The notes under the pieces: generated by a model
What the model was told of the DNA's origin: nothing
The model's input: only the letters and a program-made list of their open reading frames with translations
The model's database searches: none
Translations under genes and position numbers: made by a program
Origin: Bdellovibrionales bacterium
GTDB lineage: Bacteria > Bdellovibrionota > Bdellovibrionia > Bdellovibrionales > CAYMLA01
Length of the DNA stretch: 64,000 bases
Reading direction: 5' to 3'
NCBI GenBank assembly: GCA_965217115.1
Contig: OZ244239.1
Span: 1,216,001-1,280,000, forward strand
In this document: one piece after another, positions 40,997 through 54,522 of the stretch
Position numbering within the stretch: position 1 is the stretch's first letter
Layout: each line of letters opens with the position of its first letter

Positions 40997-43421
40997 CAGT
41001 AATTAAGGCGAGACCTTTAACTGTTTCGTTAGAAGAGAGATTCATTAGCCTTACCCCTTGAGTGTTTCTTCCTAAGACTGAAATATCTGAACAGGCCATA
41101 CGGATAACCTTACCCTGGTCAGTAATAACCATGATGTCTTCATTGCCCTCAACTTTACGTGTTGAAACAACCTTCCCTACTTTATCTGTTGTCTTTTGAG
41201 TAATGATTCCCACTCCTCCGCGACTTTGGCAACGATACTCTCCGACTTTAGTTCTTTTCCCATAGCCTTTCTCTGTAACCATTAACACTGTCGTGTCTTC
41301 TTCTTTAGAGATTATGTCCATGCCGATAACTTCATCGTCTTTACCTAAAGAAATTCCCTTAACTCCTCTAGCTGAACGACCCATGGAGCGTACATCAGAT
41401 TCATTAAAACGAATCGACATTCCTGATCTCGTTGCAATAAAAACGTCATCATTTCCTGAGCTTAATTTTGCTTGCAAAACAGTGTCGTCGACATTGGTTG
41501 TTAAGGCGATAACTCCGGAGGGACGTGGCTTAGAGAAAACCGATAATTGTGTTTTTTTAATAATCCCCTTTTTCGTTAGCATAACAACATATTTATTCGG
41601 GTCAAAACCCTCAACAGGTAATATTGCCCTTACTTTTTCACTCTTGTCTAAGTTGACAACATTGGCAATAGCTCTGCCTTTAGAGATTCTTGTTCCTAAA
41701 GGCAAGCGATAAACTTTTTGCCAATATAATTTCCCTTTATCAGTAAAAACAAGCAGTGTTGTTAAGCTGTTTGCAAAAAAGATGCGGTCAATAAAATCTT
41801 CTTCCCTTGTTTCCATGCCCTTAAGGCCCTTGCCGCCCCTCTTCTGAGTTCGATACTGATCCGAAGAGATTCTCTTAATATAACCCGTGTGTGTTAAAGT
41901 AACAATCATGTCCTCTTTAGCAATAAGGTCTTCGTCTTCAATGTCTGAATTATCAAGGCTTATCTGTGTTCTTCTTTTGTCAGAAAATCGTTTTTTTATA
42001 TCCTCTAATTCTTCAACAATAATTTTATAGATCTCGTTAACATCACCTAGAACCATTCTTAGCCAGTTTATTTTTTTCATAAGCTCGTCTAGTTCTTTTA
42101 AAATTTTCTCTTTTTCAAGTCCTGTGAGTCTCTGTAATTTCATCTCTAAAATAGCTTGAGCCTGTTTTTCTGTATACTCAAACCGCTCTATTAAAGCACT
42201 TCTCGCAGAATTGGCATCACGGCTTTCTTTGATTGTTTTAATGACTTCGTCGATTTGGTCTAAAGCCTTTCTCAGCCCTTCAAGTATGTGCGCTCGTGCT
42301 TCTGCTTTCTTTAAATCGAAAATGCAACGTCTCGTGACAACGTTCTTGCGGTGATCAATAAATGATTCAAGCATGGCTTTTAAATTAAAAACACGGGGTT
42401 GATTTCGAGCATCCAGCGCCAAAAATATAATACCGAAGCTCACTTGCATCTGCGTGTATTTATAAAGGCGATTAAGAAGAACATTTGCGTTTTCATTTTT
42501 CTTTACGTTAATAACAATGCGCATTCCTTCTCGGGAAGACTCATCTTTAATATCAGATATTCCTTCTATTCTTTTGTCTCTAACTAATTGAGCCATGCTT
42601 TCAATCAATTTAGCTTTATTCACCTGATAAGGAAGCTCCGTCACGATAATATCTTCACGCCCGTCTTTTTTAATAATAATCTCGGCCACAGCCTTGATTG
42701 TAATAACACCCTTTCCTTTTTTGTAGGCTGACTGGAGTCCATTTGTTCCTGAAAGAACGCCAGCTGTTGGAAAATCTGGCCCTTTAATATGTCCCATAAG
42801 ATCATCAATTGTTACTTCTGGATTATCAATAAGAGCAATACACCCATCCACAACTTCCCCTAAATTATGAGGAGGAATATTTGTTGCCATTCCAACTGCA
42901 ATTCCAGAACTTCCGTTAATTAAAAGGTTGGGGATCTTAGCCGGTAGCACAAGGGGTAACTCTAAGGAGTCATCATAGTTCGGCCCCCATGGAATTGTTT
43001 CTTTTTCAATATCCTCTAAAAGCTCTTCAGCCATTTTAGTCATGCGAACTTCTGTATAGCGCTGTGCAGCAGCTCTATCTCCATCAATAGAGCCAAAGTT
43101 ACCCTGTCCATCAATTAGAGGGTAACGCATAGAAAAACCCTGTGCCATACGAACCATCGTATCGTAAACAGCAACATCACCATGGGGGTGGTACTTACCT
43201 ATAACATCTCCAACAACACGTGCTGATTTTTTATATGGTTTGTCGTGAGTGTTATTTAAAACATGTTGTGCATATAAAATTCTTTTATGCACTGGTTTTA
43301 AGCCGTCACGAACATCCGGTAAAGCTCGGCCAACAATTACGCTCATAGAATACTGAAGATAAGCTTCACGCATTTCTTTGCTTATATCTACATCAGTTAT
43401 TCCTAATTCATTCATTGCCAT
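40965..43421 (-). CDS. gyrA: DNA gyrase subunit A
   Basis: [21 protein letters not shown] catalytic Tyr, GyrA-box QKRGGKG. Confidence 0.98.
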   Translation of the reverse strand: MAMNELGITDVDISKEMREAYLQYSMSVIVGRALPDVRDGLKPVHKRILYAQHVLNNTHDKPYKKSARVVGDVIGKYHPHGDVAVYDTMVRMAQGFSMRYPLIDGQGNFGSIDGDRAAAQRYTEVRMTKMAEELLEDIEKETIPWGPNYDDSLELPLVLPAKIPNLLINGSSGIAVGMATNIPPHNLGEVVDGCIALIDNPEVTIDDLMGHIKGPDFPTAGVLSGTNGLQSAYKKGKGVITIKAVAEIIIKKDGREDIIVTELPYQVNKAKLIESMAQLVRDKRIEGISDIKDESSREGMRIVINVKKNENANVLLNRLYKYTQMQVSFGIIFLALDARNQPRVFNLKAMLESFIDHRKNVVTRRCIFDLKKAEARAHILEGLRKALDQIDEVIKTIKESRDANSARSALIERFEYTEKQAQAILEMKLQRLTGLEKEKILKELDELMKKINWLRMVLGDVNEIYKIIVEELEDIKKRFSDKRRTQISLDNSDIEDEDLIAKEDMIVTLTHTGYIKRISSDQYRTQKRGGKGLKGMETREEDFIDRIFFANSLTTLLVFTDKGKLYWQKVYRLPLGTRISKGRAIANVVNLDKSEKVRAILPVEGFDPNKYVVMLTKKGIIKKTQLSVFSKPRPSGVIALTTNVDDTVLQAKLSSGNDDVFIATRSGMSIRFNESDVRSMGRSARGVKGISLGKDDEVIGMDIISKEEDTTVLMVTEKGYGKRTKVGEYRCQSRGGVGIITQKTTDKVGKVVSTRKVEGNEDIMVITDQGKVIRMACSDISVLGRNTQGVRLMNLSSNETVKGLALITDDDSREEKKD

Positions 43422-43438
43422 TCTTAATTACCCCAACA

Positions 43439-47015
<3,577 letters not shown>

Positions 47016-48128
47016 TTATATCCGCATCGGCATAACAACACAGGTGTAATTTGAATCTGTCTCTGGCCTAATCAAACCGGGAGAAAGTTGATCTTTTAGT
47101 TCTAATTTTATGTTTTCTTCATTGATACTACTTAAAACTTCTAAAATATATTTTGCATTAAAACCAATTTTCAACTCATTTCCTTCATAATTAATTTCAA
47201 CTTCTTCTTTAGAATCACCAAGATCAGGATTATTAGAAGTGATCTCCATTTTGCCAGAGTTAAAAGTAAAAGTAACTCCTTTAGACTTTTGGTTAGAGAG
47301 AAGAGACACTCTTTTTAAAGAAGTCAGAAGATTGTTTTTTTGTAAATTAATAACTGATGAGAGCTTTTTAGGAAGAAGTTGCTCATAATTTGGATATTTC
47401 CCTTCAATTAACCTTATCATTAAAAGAGTTGTTTTATAGCGAATAACAACTTGAGAACCCTCTACAGCTATTTCAAACTCACCATCGACGGCATCTAATA
47501 GTTTTTTTATTTCAGAAAGACCTTTCCGAGGAATAATAACCCCGCTATTAATATTTATTTCCTCATTTGAAGTTCTATCAATCATCGATAAGCGGTGGCC
47601 ATCTGTTGCAACCATACGATAAAAAGTTTTATTATTTTTTGAATATTGTTCGAAATAAACTCCATTCAAATGATAACGTGTTTCATCACTAGAGACACTG
47701 TAAATTGTTTTTTCTATCATTTCACAAATAATAGCTGCTGACATTTTAACAAATTTTTCTGCTGAGTGAGTTGGCAGTTTAGGGTATTCTTTAACACTAA
47801 TACCAACAATGTTTGAAACAGATTTATTTTGTTTTATCTCTAGCCAATTATTTTCTTTTTTAGTTAAGTGAATTTTTCCCTCGTTTAATTCTCTAATAAC
47901 ATCAAAAAAAACTTTAGCTCCAACTGCAACTTGCCCTTCTTTTTTTATGTTTGCAGAAACTTGATCTGTTAAACTAACTTCTAAATCTGTCGCAAAAACA
48001 GTTAAAGCATTTTTACCGGTGCTCAGCAAGATATTTACCAAGACAGGCATCGTATTTCTTACCTCAACAATTTTTTGTGTTTTAGAAATCAGGTCCATTA
48101 AATCTTTCTTTTCTATCTCTAATTTCAT
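47016..48128 (-). CDS. dnaN: DNA polymerase III beta clamp
   Basis: ATDLE, ATDGHRL, IIPRK, GFNAKY, VVMPMR. Confidence 0.97.
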   Translation of the reverse strand: MKLEIEKKDLMDLISKTQKIVEVRNTMPVLVNILLSTGKNALTVFATDLEVSLTDQVSANIKKEGQVAVGAKVFFDVIRELNEGKIHLTKKENNWLEIKQNKSVSNIVGISVKEYPKLPTHSAEKFVKMSAAIICEMIEKTIYSVSSDETRYHLNGVYFEQYSKNNKTFYRMVATDGHRLSMIDRTSNEEININSGVIIPRKGLSEIKKLLDAVDGEFEIAVEGSQVVIRYKTTLLMIRLIEGKYPNYEQLLPKKLSSVINLQKNNLLTSLKRVSLLSNQKSKGVTFTFNSGKMEITSNNPDLGDSKEEVEINYEGNELKIGFNAKYILEVLSSINEENIKLELKDQLSPGLIRPETDSNYTCVVMPMRI

Positions 48129-48358
48129 CTCTTTTTTCCATCCTTTATTTACTATATATTATTAATATTATTAATAAGTAGAAGTAGTAGTGGTGTAGAT
48201 TGTGTGTGTTTCTTGTCAACCCTTCGAAAACACTTAATAATTACTGTGGATATCTCACTTCATATTCCCCTTGTCTATTCTATTTTTTTGTTAATAAGTT
48301 TAATCCACAAATTTGATAACACGTTTTTACACAGAGTTTTCCACAGAGGTTATCTACA
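48129..48358. other. Chromosomal replication origin (oriC) between dnaA and dnaN
   Basis: DnaA-box-like 9-mers at 48245 (reverse), 48301, 48325, 48337 and 48350; TAG-type trio run at ~48176-48192; AT-rich DUE at ~48145-48178; gene orientation diverges around this region. Confidence 0.85.
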
Positions 48359-49757
48359 TCCCTGTGATATTGTGGATTTTATTTGTTAACTCCTCGATAT
48401 CTCGTTTTAAATCTAAATTTTTCGTCTGTAGATTCGTTATTTTTCGGACGGCACTAATAACGGTCGTATGATCTCTGCCACCAAACGCCCGGCCAATATC
48501 TACAAGGGACTTATCTAAGTGTTTTTTTATTAAATACATAGCAACTTGACGCGCTATAACAACAGGTTTTGATCGTCCTTTGGATTTTAATTCTGAAATT
48601 TTAATGTCGTAATGCTCAGAGGCCAGTTTTTGAATTTCCTCTAAGCTGATAGAGGCTGGGTCGTCATGAATTGAGAGGATTTTTTTAGCAATTTCTAAGT
48701 TCATTTTAAGGCCCTGTAACTCGGCAAACATTTTAACCTTATTTAAATTTCCCTCAAGCTCACGAATTGATCTTTTTGAAATCCGTGAAATATAATTTAT
48801 AACCTCCCCAGGAAGGGAAAAACCAATTTGCTCGGCTTTATAACGCAAGATAGCAATGCGAGTTTCAAGGTCGGGCATTTGAATATCAGCAATTAAACCC
48901 CACTCTAAGCGCGAGCGAATACGATCTTCTAAACCATTAATATCTTTAGGCATTCGGTCACTTGCAACGACAACTTGCAGGTTTTTTTCAAAAAAATGAT
49001 TAATTGTGTGAAAAAATTCCTCAGGGGTCGCCTGCCCGCGACCAAGAAATTGACCGTCATCCATTAGCAAAACATCACATTGATTGCGAAATTTATTTCG
49101 AAAACTTTCCATGGTTTTTCTATGGATATTAGAGACGACTTCATTCATAAATCTTTCAGCGGAGATATAAACAACCCTTAATTCAGGCCTATTCTCTCGA
49201 ATCTGGTTACCAACAGCATTTAGTAAATGAGTTTTTCCCATTCCTACAGGGCCGCAAATAAAGAGAGGATTATAACCACCGACACCTGGGTTTTGAGCGA
49301 CGTTGTAAGAAGCTGCGTGGGCAAACTCATTATTTCGACCAACAACAAAGGTTGAAAAAGAGTAATTCCGATTAAGGGCATCTTGCCGAGATGGAGGTTT
49401 TTTTAACTGTGGGCTCTGTTGAGAATCAATACTTTGGACTTCAGACCCGTCTCCTTCAGGTTTGAGAGGGGCTTGCGTCTGTCCCGTCACTTCAAATTCA
49501 ATTTCGAAGCCCCCCTTGTAAACAGCTGAAATCTCTAGGCAGATTCTGTCAAAAAGATTTTCTATTATCCAATACTTGTGGAGTTTTGTAGGCACTCCGA
49601 GGCGCATCTTAGAGTGGCCATTTTTATCAGTTATCACAGAGATCAACTCAGTTGGCTCAAACCAAGTTTGAAGTAATTTATTGTTAGAGTTTTTAATTTT
49701 AAGACTATTCTTAATTGCGGACCAAAGTTCTTTATTTTCGTTTAATTCAATTTCCAA
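48354..49757 (-). CDS. dnaA: Chromosomal replication initiator DnaA
   Basis: YNPLFICGPVGMGKTHL, EEFFHT, RELEG, FGGRDHTTV; probable TTG start after AGAGAGG (ORF track extends to 49811). Confidence 0.98.
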   Translation of the reverse strand: MEIELNENKELWSAIKNSLKIKNSNNKLLQTWFEPTELISVITDKNGHSKMRLGVPTKLHKYWIIENLFDRICLEISAVYKGGFEIEFEVTGQTQAPLKPEGDGSEVQSIDSQQSPQLKKPPSRQDALNRNYSFSTFVVGRNNEFAHAASYNVAQNPGVGGYNPLFICGPVGMGKTHLLNAVGNQIRENRPELRVVYISAERFMNEVVSNIHRKTMESFRNKFRNQCDVLLMDDGQFLGRGQATPEEFFHTINHFFEKNLQVVVASDRMPKDINGLEDRIRSRLEWGLIADIQMPDLETRIAILRYKAEQIGFSLPGEVINYISRISKRSIRELEGNLNKVKMFAELQGLKMNLEIAKKILSIHDDPASISLEEIQKLASEHYDIKISELKSKGRSKPVVIARQVAMYLIKKHLDKSLVDIGRAFGGRDHTTVISAVRKITNLQTKNLDLKRDIEELTNKIHNITGM

Positions 49758-50043
49758 TAGGGCCTCTCTTACGCTGATCGTATTTATTCTTGATGCACAC
49801 GCAAAAACCAAGCCTAAATTGGATCTATGTATGATTTATAGGGTGCTTTTACTAAGATGATAAAATTCTGAAATTTTGTCTAGATGTGATTTTTGAAGGT
49901 CATAACAGAGATAAAGTGACTTTTCAATACCTTGACCTGTTTGCTGCAATGTGCTTTTATCCTGGCTTAATTTAATAAGCCTAAAGAAAAAAATAAATAA
50001 CTTACGTTTATATGGCATTATTTCTAATCAGGAGTCTTTAGAT

Positions 50044-50193
50044 ATGAAAAGAACATTTCAACCGAGTCGAAAAAAGAGAGCAGGGGCCCATGGCTTTCGC
50101 TCTCGAATGGCAACAAAAAGTGGTCAAGACACAATTTCTCGTCGTCGAACCAAGGGGCGAAAGCGCTTAACAGTTGCTGTTGGTGGAAAATAA
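50044..50193 (+). CDS. rpmH: 50S ribosomal protein L34
   Basis: MKRTFQPS...HGFRSRM.TK.G...RRR.KGRKRL. Confidence 0.97.
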   Translation: MKRTFQPSRKKRAGAHGFRSRMATKSGQDTISRRRTKGRKRLTVAVGGK

Positions 50194-50198
50194 AGAGT

Positions 50199-50588
50199 TT
50201 GTTAAAAGTTCTCAAAAGGCGGAGTCAGTTTTCTACGATCAAAAAGAATGGCAAGCGTTTCTTTTCAGACCGCTGGTTGCTCATTAACTACTTAAGCAAT
50301 CCAAACCTTGAAAACTCTTTTGAAAAAGCCAGCCCTAAAGAAATTCAAGTGGGATGGACGATTTCTAAGAAAGTCGGAAAAGCGGTTGTTAGAAACAAGT
50401 TAAAACGATGGTGTAGAGAATATTTTAGGGAAGATATAAAGAAAAACTCCTATGACTTTTCGATGCACGTGAATATTGTACTACGCAAAGCCGATAAGGG
50501 TTTGTATAAGTCAATCCGCCGGGAGTGTTTTTTGGAAAAGTTAAACGAAGGATGGATTGAAGTTGTTAAAAAAAACCAAAAGAGCTGA
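50199..50588 (+). CDS. rnpA: Ribonuclease P protein component
   Basis: VGWTISKKVGKAVVRNKLKR (RNR motif); follows rpmH. Confidence 0.92.
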   Translation: MLKVLKRRSQFSTIKKNGKRFFSDRWLLINYLSNPNLENSFEKASPKEIQVGWTISKKVGKAVVRNKLKRWCREYFREDIKKNSYDFSMHVNIVLRKADKGLYKSIRRECFLEKLNEGWIEVVKKNQKS

Positions 50589-50856
50589 AATTATTTTTAA
50601 TAAATTAAGTCGTCTTGGACTTCTAGTTGTTTATTTTTATCAACGCAGTTTTGCGTTGTTTCTAGGGGGAGCCTGTCGTTTTCAACCAAGTTGTTCTGAG
50701 TACGCTGTGTCGGCCTTGAAAACCAGTGACTTTCCGAAAGCCGTAAAATTAATTATTAAAAGACTACTTAAATGCCAGCCCTTCGGGCCCTACGGATACG
50801 ATCCAGTGCCTTGTTGCGAAAAGAAAGATATTAAAAGGCAAATTTATGGAAAATAG
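50557..50856 (+). CDS. yidD: Membrane protein insertion efficiency factor
   Basis: CRFQPSCSEYA...RLLKCQPF..GYDPVP. Confidence 0.92.
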   Translation: MKLLKKTKRAEIIFNKLSRLGLLVVYFYQRSFALFLGGACRFQPSCSEYAVSALKTSDFPKAVKLIIKRLLKCQPFGPYGYDPVPCCEKKDIKRQIYGK

Positions 50857-52480
50857 AAATGGCAATTTTATGGACCCTAAGACGATATTTGCTGTCGTTT
50901 TAGTTGGATTAATGTGGTTTGGTTGGCAGTATCACTTACAACAGAAATACCCCGAGGCCTACAAGAAGAAAGAGACGGCCAAAAGAAGCCAAGGTATTAA
51001 AAAGAGTTTAGAACCCCCTCAAGCAGCAATGGGAAGGCAAAAAGAAAGGGAGCCGTTTCAAAAAGAAACTAAAGAGAAAAAAGAGCGTATTTATGAATAC
51101 TCTTCAGAAAACGTAGACTTTGAAATTTCCTCTCAGGGAATGGCCCTGCAAAATGTTTATTTAAAAAAATACACAGACAGGGAAAATCAGACAATTGTTC
51201 TTAATTCAAAAAACAATAATTTCCCTTTTAAATCTTTGCAAAGTAATTTCGTTGATTCTGATGAAGCTATCCCATTTGAAATTTCAAAAAAAGATGAGAA
51301 CACCTATGTTGGCCACTATGTCACAGAATTTATTAAAATTGAAAAAACACTCTTTATAGACCCGGTTCACTATACGATTAGCAGTGTGATAGAAATTTCA
51401 AAAATATCAAAAAACTTCAAGGGCATAAGTGTTTTTCTAACAGAGAAAATGGAGAGTGGAGAGGACAAAGGTTCTTTTTTTATGCCTCAGTTTGGTCGAC
51501 AAGAGGCTTATGTTTCTTATGAAGACACAGACAATCGCGTTCCCCTTGCAGCAAGCGAGAATATTGATAGAGATGAGGCGCACTACAAACAAGTTAATTT
51601 AATAGCTCTGAGTAGCCACTATTTTTCGACAGCGCTTATCGACAAATCAGCAATACTTCCAGAGGTGAAAATAGAACAAAATAAAGCGGCTCAAATGATT
51701 GTCGCCCGTGTTGATTACAAGCCAACAAATCACCTCAATTCCTTAGAAATAAAGAGCTTGTTTTTCATCGGTCCGAAATCAGCAAACCTGATGGAAGAAG
51801 TTGATGGAGTCTTGGCAAAAGTCATTGATTTTGGAATTTTTCACTCTTTAGCAGTTCCGATGTTAAAATTGATGAATTGGTTCTTTAGCCTTTTTGGGAA
51901 CTACGGCTTAGCTATTATACTCCTCACTTTAGCGGTGAGAACGGTTGTTCTTCCCTTTAATTTAATGTCGTATAAATCAATGAAAACGATGCAAAAAGTC
52001 CAGCCACAAATCAAGGCGTTAAGAGAAAAGTATAAAGAGGAACCACAAAAACTGAATCAAGAAATGCTTGTTCTTATGCGAGAAAATAAAGCGAATCCCC
52101 TGGGGGGATGTTTACCCATGCTTTTGCAATTCCCTGTCTTTATTGCTCTATATCAAGTGTTTGGGCAAAGTATTGAATTGTACAAAGCCCCGTTTGCTCT
52201 ATGGATTTCGGACTTGAGCCTAAAAGACCCCTATTTTATTCTACCAATTGCCATGGGAATAACCATGTTTTTACAACAAAAGATCACCCCGACAAGCATG
52301 GACCCAGCTCAAGCTAAAATACTAATGTTCATGCCTATAATGTTCACTCTTTTTATGTTATTTCTACCGAGCGCCTTAACGCTTTATATTTTTATAAGTA
52401 CTTTATATGCTATTTTACAGCAAATTTTATTTTTAAAAGACAAAAAGAAAAGCAAGGCTGTAACCACTGCCAATGCTTAA
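50846..52480 (+). CDS. yidC: Membrane protein insertase YidC
   Basis: GNYGLAIILLT, NPLGGCLPMLLQFPVF, WISDLS..DPYFILP. Confidence 0.97.
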   Translation: MENRNGNFMDPKTIFAVVLVGLMWFGWQYHLQQKYPEAYKKKETAKRSQGIKKSLEPPQAAMGRQKEREPFQKETKEKKERIYEYSSENVDFEISSQGMALQNVYLKKYTDRENQTIVLNSKNNNFPFKSLQSNFVDSDEAIPFEISKKDENTYVGHYVTEFIKIEKTLFIDPVHYTISSVIEISKISKNFKGISVFLTEKMESGEDKGSFFMPQFGRQEAYVSYEDTDNRVPLAASENIDRDEAHYKQVNLIALSSHYFSTALIDKSAILPEVKIEQNKAAQMIVARVDYKPTNHLNSLEIKSLFFIGPKSANLMEEVDGVLAKVIDFGIFHSLAVPMLKLMNWFFSLFGNYGLAIILLTLAVRTVVLPFNLMSYKSMKTMQKVQPQIKALREKYKEEPQKLNQEMLVLMRENKANPLGGCLPMLLQFPVFIALYQVFGQSIELYKAPFALWISDLSLKDPYFILPIAMGITMFLQQKITPTSMDPAQAKILMFMPIMFTLFMLFLPSALTLYIFISTLYAILQQILFLKDKKKSKAVTTANA

Positions 52481-52506
52481 CGAAATACAGACAGAAGGGA
52501 GGAAAA

Positions 52507-53052
52507 GTGGGATTTTTTAGTAAAATTTTTGGTGGACAAAAGGGAGCCTCAAAAGAAGTTAAAGCCTTGGTTGATGAAACTATTCAAGGGGTTTTAGAAA
52601 GAAGCGGGCTAGAGCTTTCTTATGAGTTAAAGGTCGTGGAGGGAAAAGGCGACAGATACGACACGCTTCATGTTGAATTTTTTGGTCCTGATGAAGAGAT
52701 GTTAACAGAGAGAGAGGGACAATTGTTGGAGTCGTTACAGCTTTTACTCAAAAGAATTTTGCAACACAATATAAACGGAGAGCCTTATAATGTCTTGTTT
52801 GATTCAAACGATTTTCGTAGCAACGTTGACAAGGCCTTGGTCGAATTAGCTGAAAAGCTTAAGGGAATTGCCATTGACAAAGGAAAGCCCGTTTATTTTC
52901 GAGCCCTTCCACCGAAAGATCGAAAAACAGTGCATCAACACCTCTCTTCAGACGACCGAGTAAAAAGTCGCTCTGTTGGAGATGGCTTGTATAAGAAAAT
53001 AAAAATTTTCCCAGCAAAGTCTCAACAACAGCGAAATGAAGCTAGAAGATAG
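52507..53052 (+). CDS. jag: Jag/KhpB (EloR) RNA-binding protein, short form
   Basis: KH-like region plus R3H motif (DRKTVH, SRSVGDG); located between yidC and mnmE. Confidence 0.8.
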   Translation: MGFFSKIFGGQKGASKEVKALVDETIQGVLERSGLELSYELKVVEGKGDRYDTLHVEFFGPDEEMLTEREGQLLESLQLLLKRILQHNINGEPYNVLFDSNDFRSNVDKALVELAEKLKGIAIDKGKPVYFRALPPKDRKTVHQHLSSDDRVKSRSVGDGLYKKIKIFPAKSQQQRNEARR

Positions 53053-53083
53053 CTCTTTAGATATTTTTGATTGAGATTTAGAT

Positions 53084-54478
53084 ATGTGGAAGCCCTTAAA
53101 TGACAAAGAAACAATTTGCGCGGTTTCGAGCCCATCAGGAGTTGGTGGGCTTTCGGTTATTCGAATAAGCGGTTCAAAATCATTGAACTACCTAAGAGAG
53201 CTCTCTTTTTTGTTTCCTGAAAAACCAGAAAGTCACAAGGCCTATCTTACGCGGTTAAAATACTTGGACAAAAAAGATGTCATCGACGAGGTTCTTGCCA
53301 TTTATTTTGCCAAGGGAAGATCCTATACAGGAGAAGAAACAATTGAAATCTCCTGCCATGGCAACCCCTTTATTTGTTCAGAAATTATAAGAGTTTTTCT
53401 CTCCTTAGGTTGTCGAATTGCAGAGCCAGGAGAGTTTACTTATCGGGCCTTTATAAATGCCAAGATTGATTTAGTACAAGCTGAAAGCGTGCTGTCTTTA
53501 ATTAATTCTCAATCAAAGAATGCGGCAAAAAGCTCTTTAAAGCAGTTAAAAGGAGAACTCTCTGAACGTCTTTATGAAATAGAGAATATCTTAACCCATG
53601 TTTTAGCACACATAGAGGCGGGTATTGATTTTACCCATGAAGACATTGAGATAGACGAAGAAAAAAAACTAATTAAAGAAATCGAGGCAGCATCTAAAAA
53701 AATACAAACACTTGTTGAGACGTACAAACAAGGACGGGTTATTCAAGAGGGGCTTTCCGTGGCTTTATTGGGAGAGCCTAATGTGGGGAAATCTAGTTTA
53801 TTAAACTCTCTATTGGGCGCAGAGAGAGCGATTGTTACCGATACAGCAGGAACAACTCGCGATACGATTGAGGGATCGATAATTGTTGATAATCAACTTA
53901 TTAACTTTATTGATTCTGCTGGAGTTAGAGAATCAAAAAACAAGGTTGAAAAACTGGGCGTTCAAAGAGCTCTTGAAGCAGCAAGAGCAAGCGACAGAGT
54001 TCTTTTTATTATAGACATGACTCTTGAATCTACAGATTTTCGTATTTTAAATGAAATTGAAAAAGAAAAAGTAATTATTGTTTTAAACAAACAAGATATG
54101 GATAAAAATAATATTAAATATAAAAGGTGGCGGAAGATAATTTTAGAAAAAGGTTTTTCCGATGACGATCACTGCAAAACGGACACACTTTCTCAAAGAG
54201 GAACTGAGCCCCTACTTCGACTGTTAAAAGAGAAAAAAATAAATCAGCAGGATTTAGATAACTCGATTGTTATTACACAAGCCCGTCATTTTGATCTATT
54301 AACAAAAGCCCTTGATAGCTCAAAGAGGGCTTTGGCTGGGGTGAAAGAGAACATTGGTCTAGAGTTTATAGCTTTAGATCTCTATGAGTCCTTGAACTTT
54401 GTAAAAGAGGTTTTAGGAAAAAAATTTGACGATGATGTTATGGACCGGGTTTTTAAAGAGTTCTGCATAGGAAAGTAA
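53084..54478 (+). CDS. mnmE: tRNA modification GTPase MnmE
   Basis: SYTGEETIE, PGEFTYRAF, GEPNVGKSS, GTTRD, C-terminal FCIGK. Confidence 0.97.
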   Translation: MWKPLNDKETICAVSSPSGVGGLSVIRISGSKSLNYLRELSFLFPEKPESHKAYLTRLKYLDKKDVIDEVLAIYFAKGRSYTGEETIEISCHGNPFICSEIIRVFLSLGCRIAEPGEFTYRAFINAKIDLVQAESVLSLINSQSKNAAKSSLKQLKGELSERLYEIENILTHVLAHIEAGIDFTHEDIEIDEEKKLIKEIEAASKKIQTLVETYKQGRVIQEGLSVALLGEPNVGKSSLLNSLLGAERAIVTDTAGTTRDTIEGSIIVDNQLINFIDSAGVRESKNKVEKLGVQRALEAARASDRVLFIIDMTLESTDFRILNEIEKEKVIIVLNKQDMDKNNIKYKRWRKIILEKGFSDDDHCKTDTLSQRGTEPLLRLLKEKKINQQDLDNSIVITQARHFDLLTKALDSSKRALAGVKENIGLEFIALDLYESLNFVKEVLGKKFDDDVMDRVFKEFCIGK

Positions 54479-54522
54479 AGAAGGCTGAAGCAAAAAAATA
54501 TTTTTACAAATGGAAAATCACC

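Noticed and set aside
49812..50043. dnaA-rpmH intergenic region as oriC
   Set aside because: No convincing DnaA-box cluster seen; boxes, trios and DUE are downstream of dnaA
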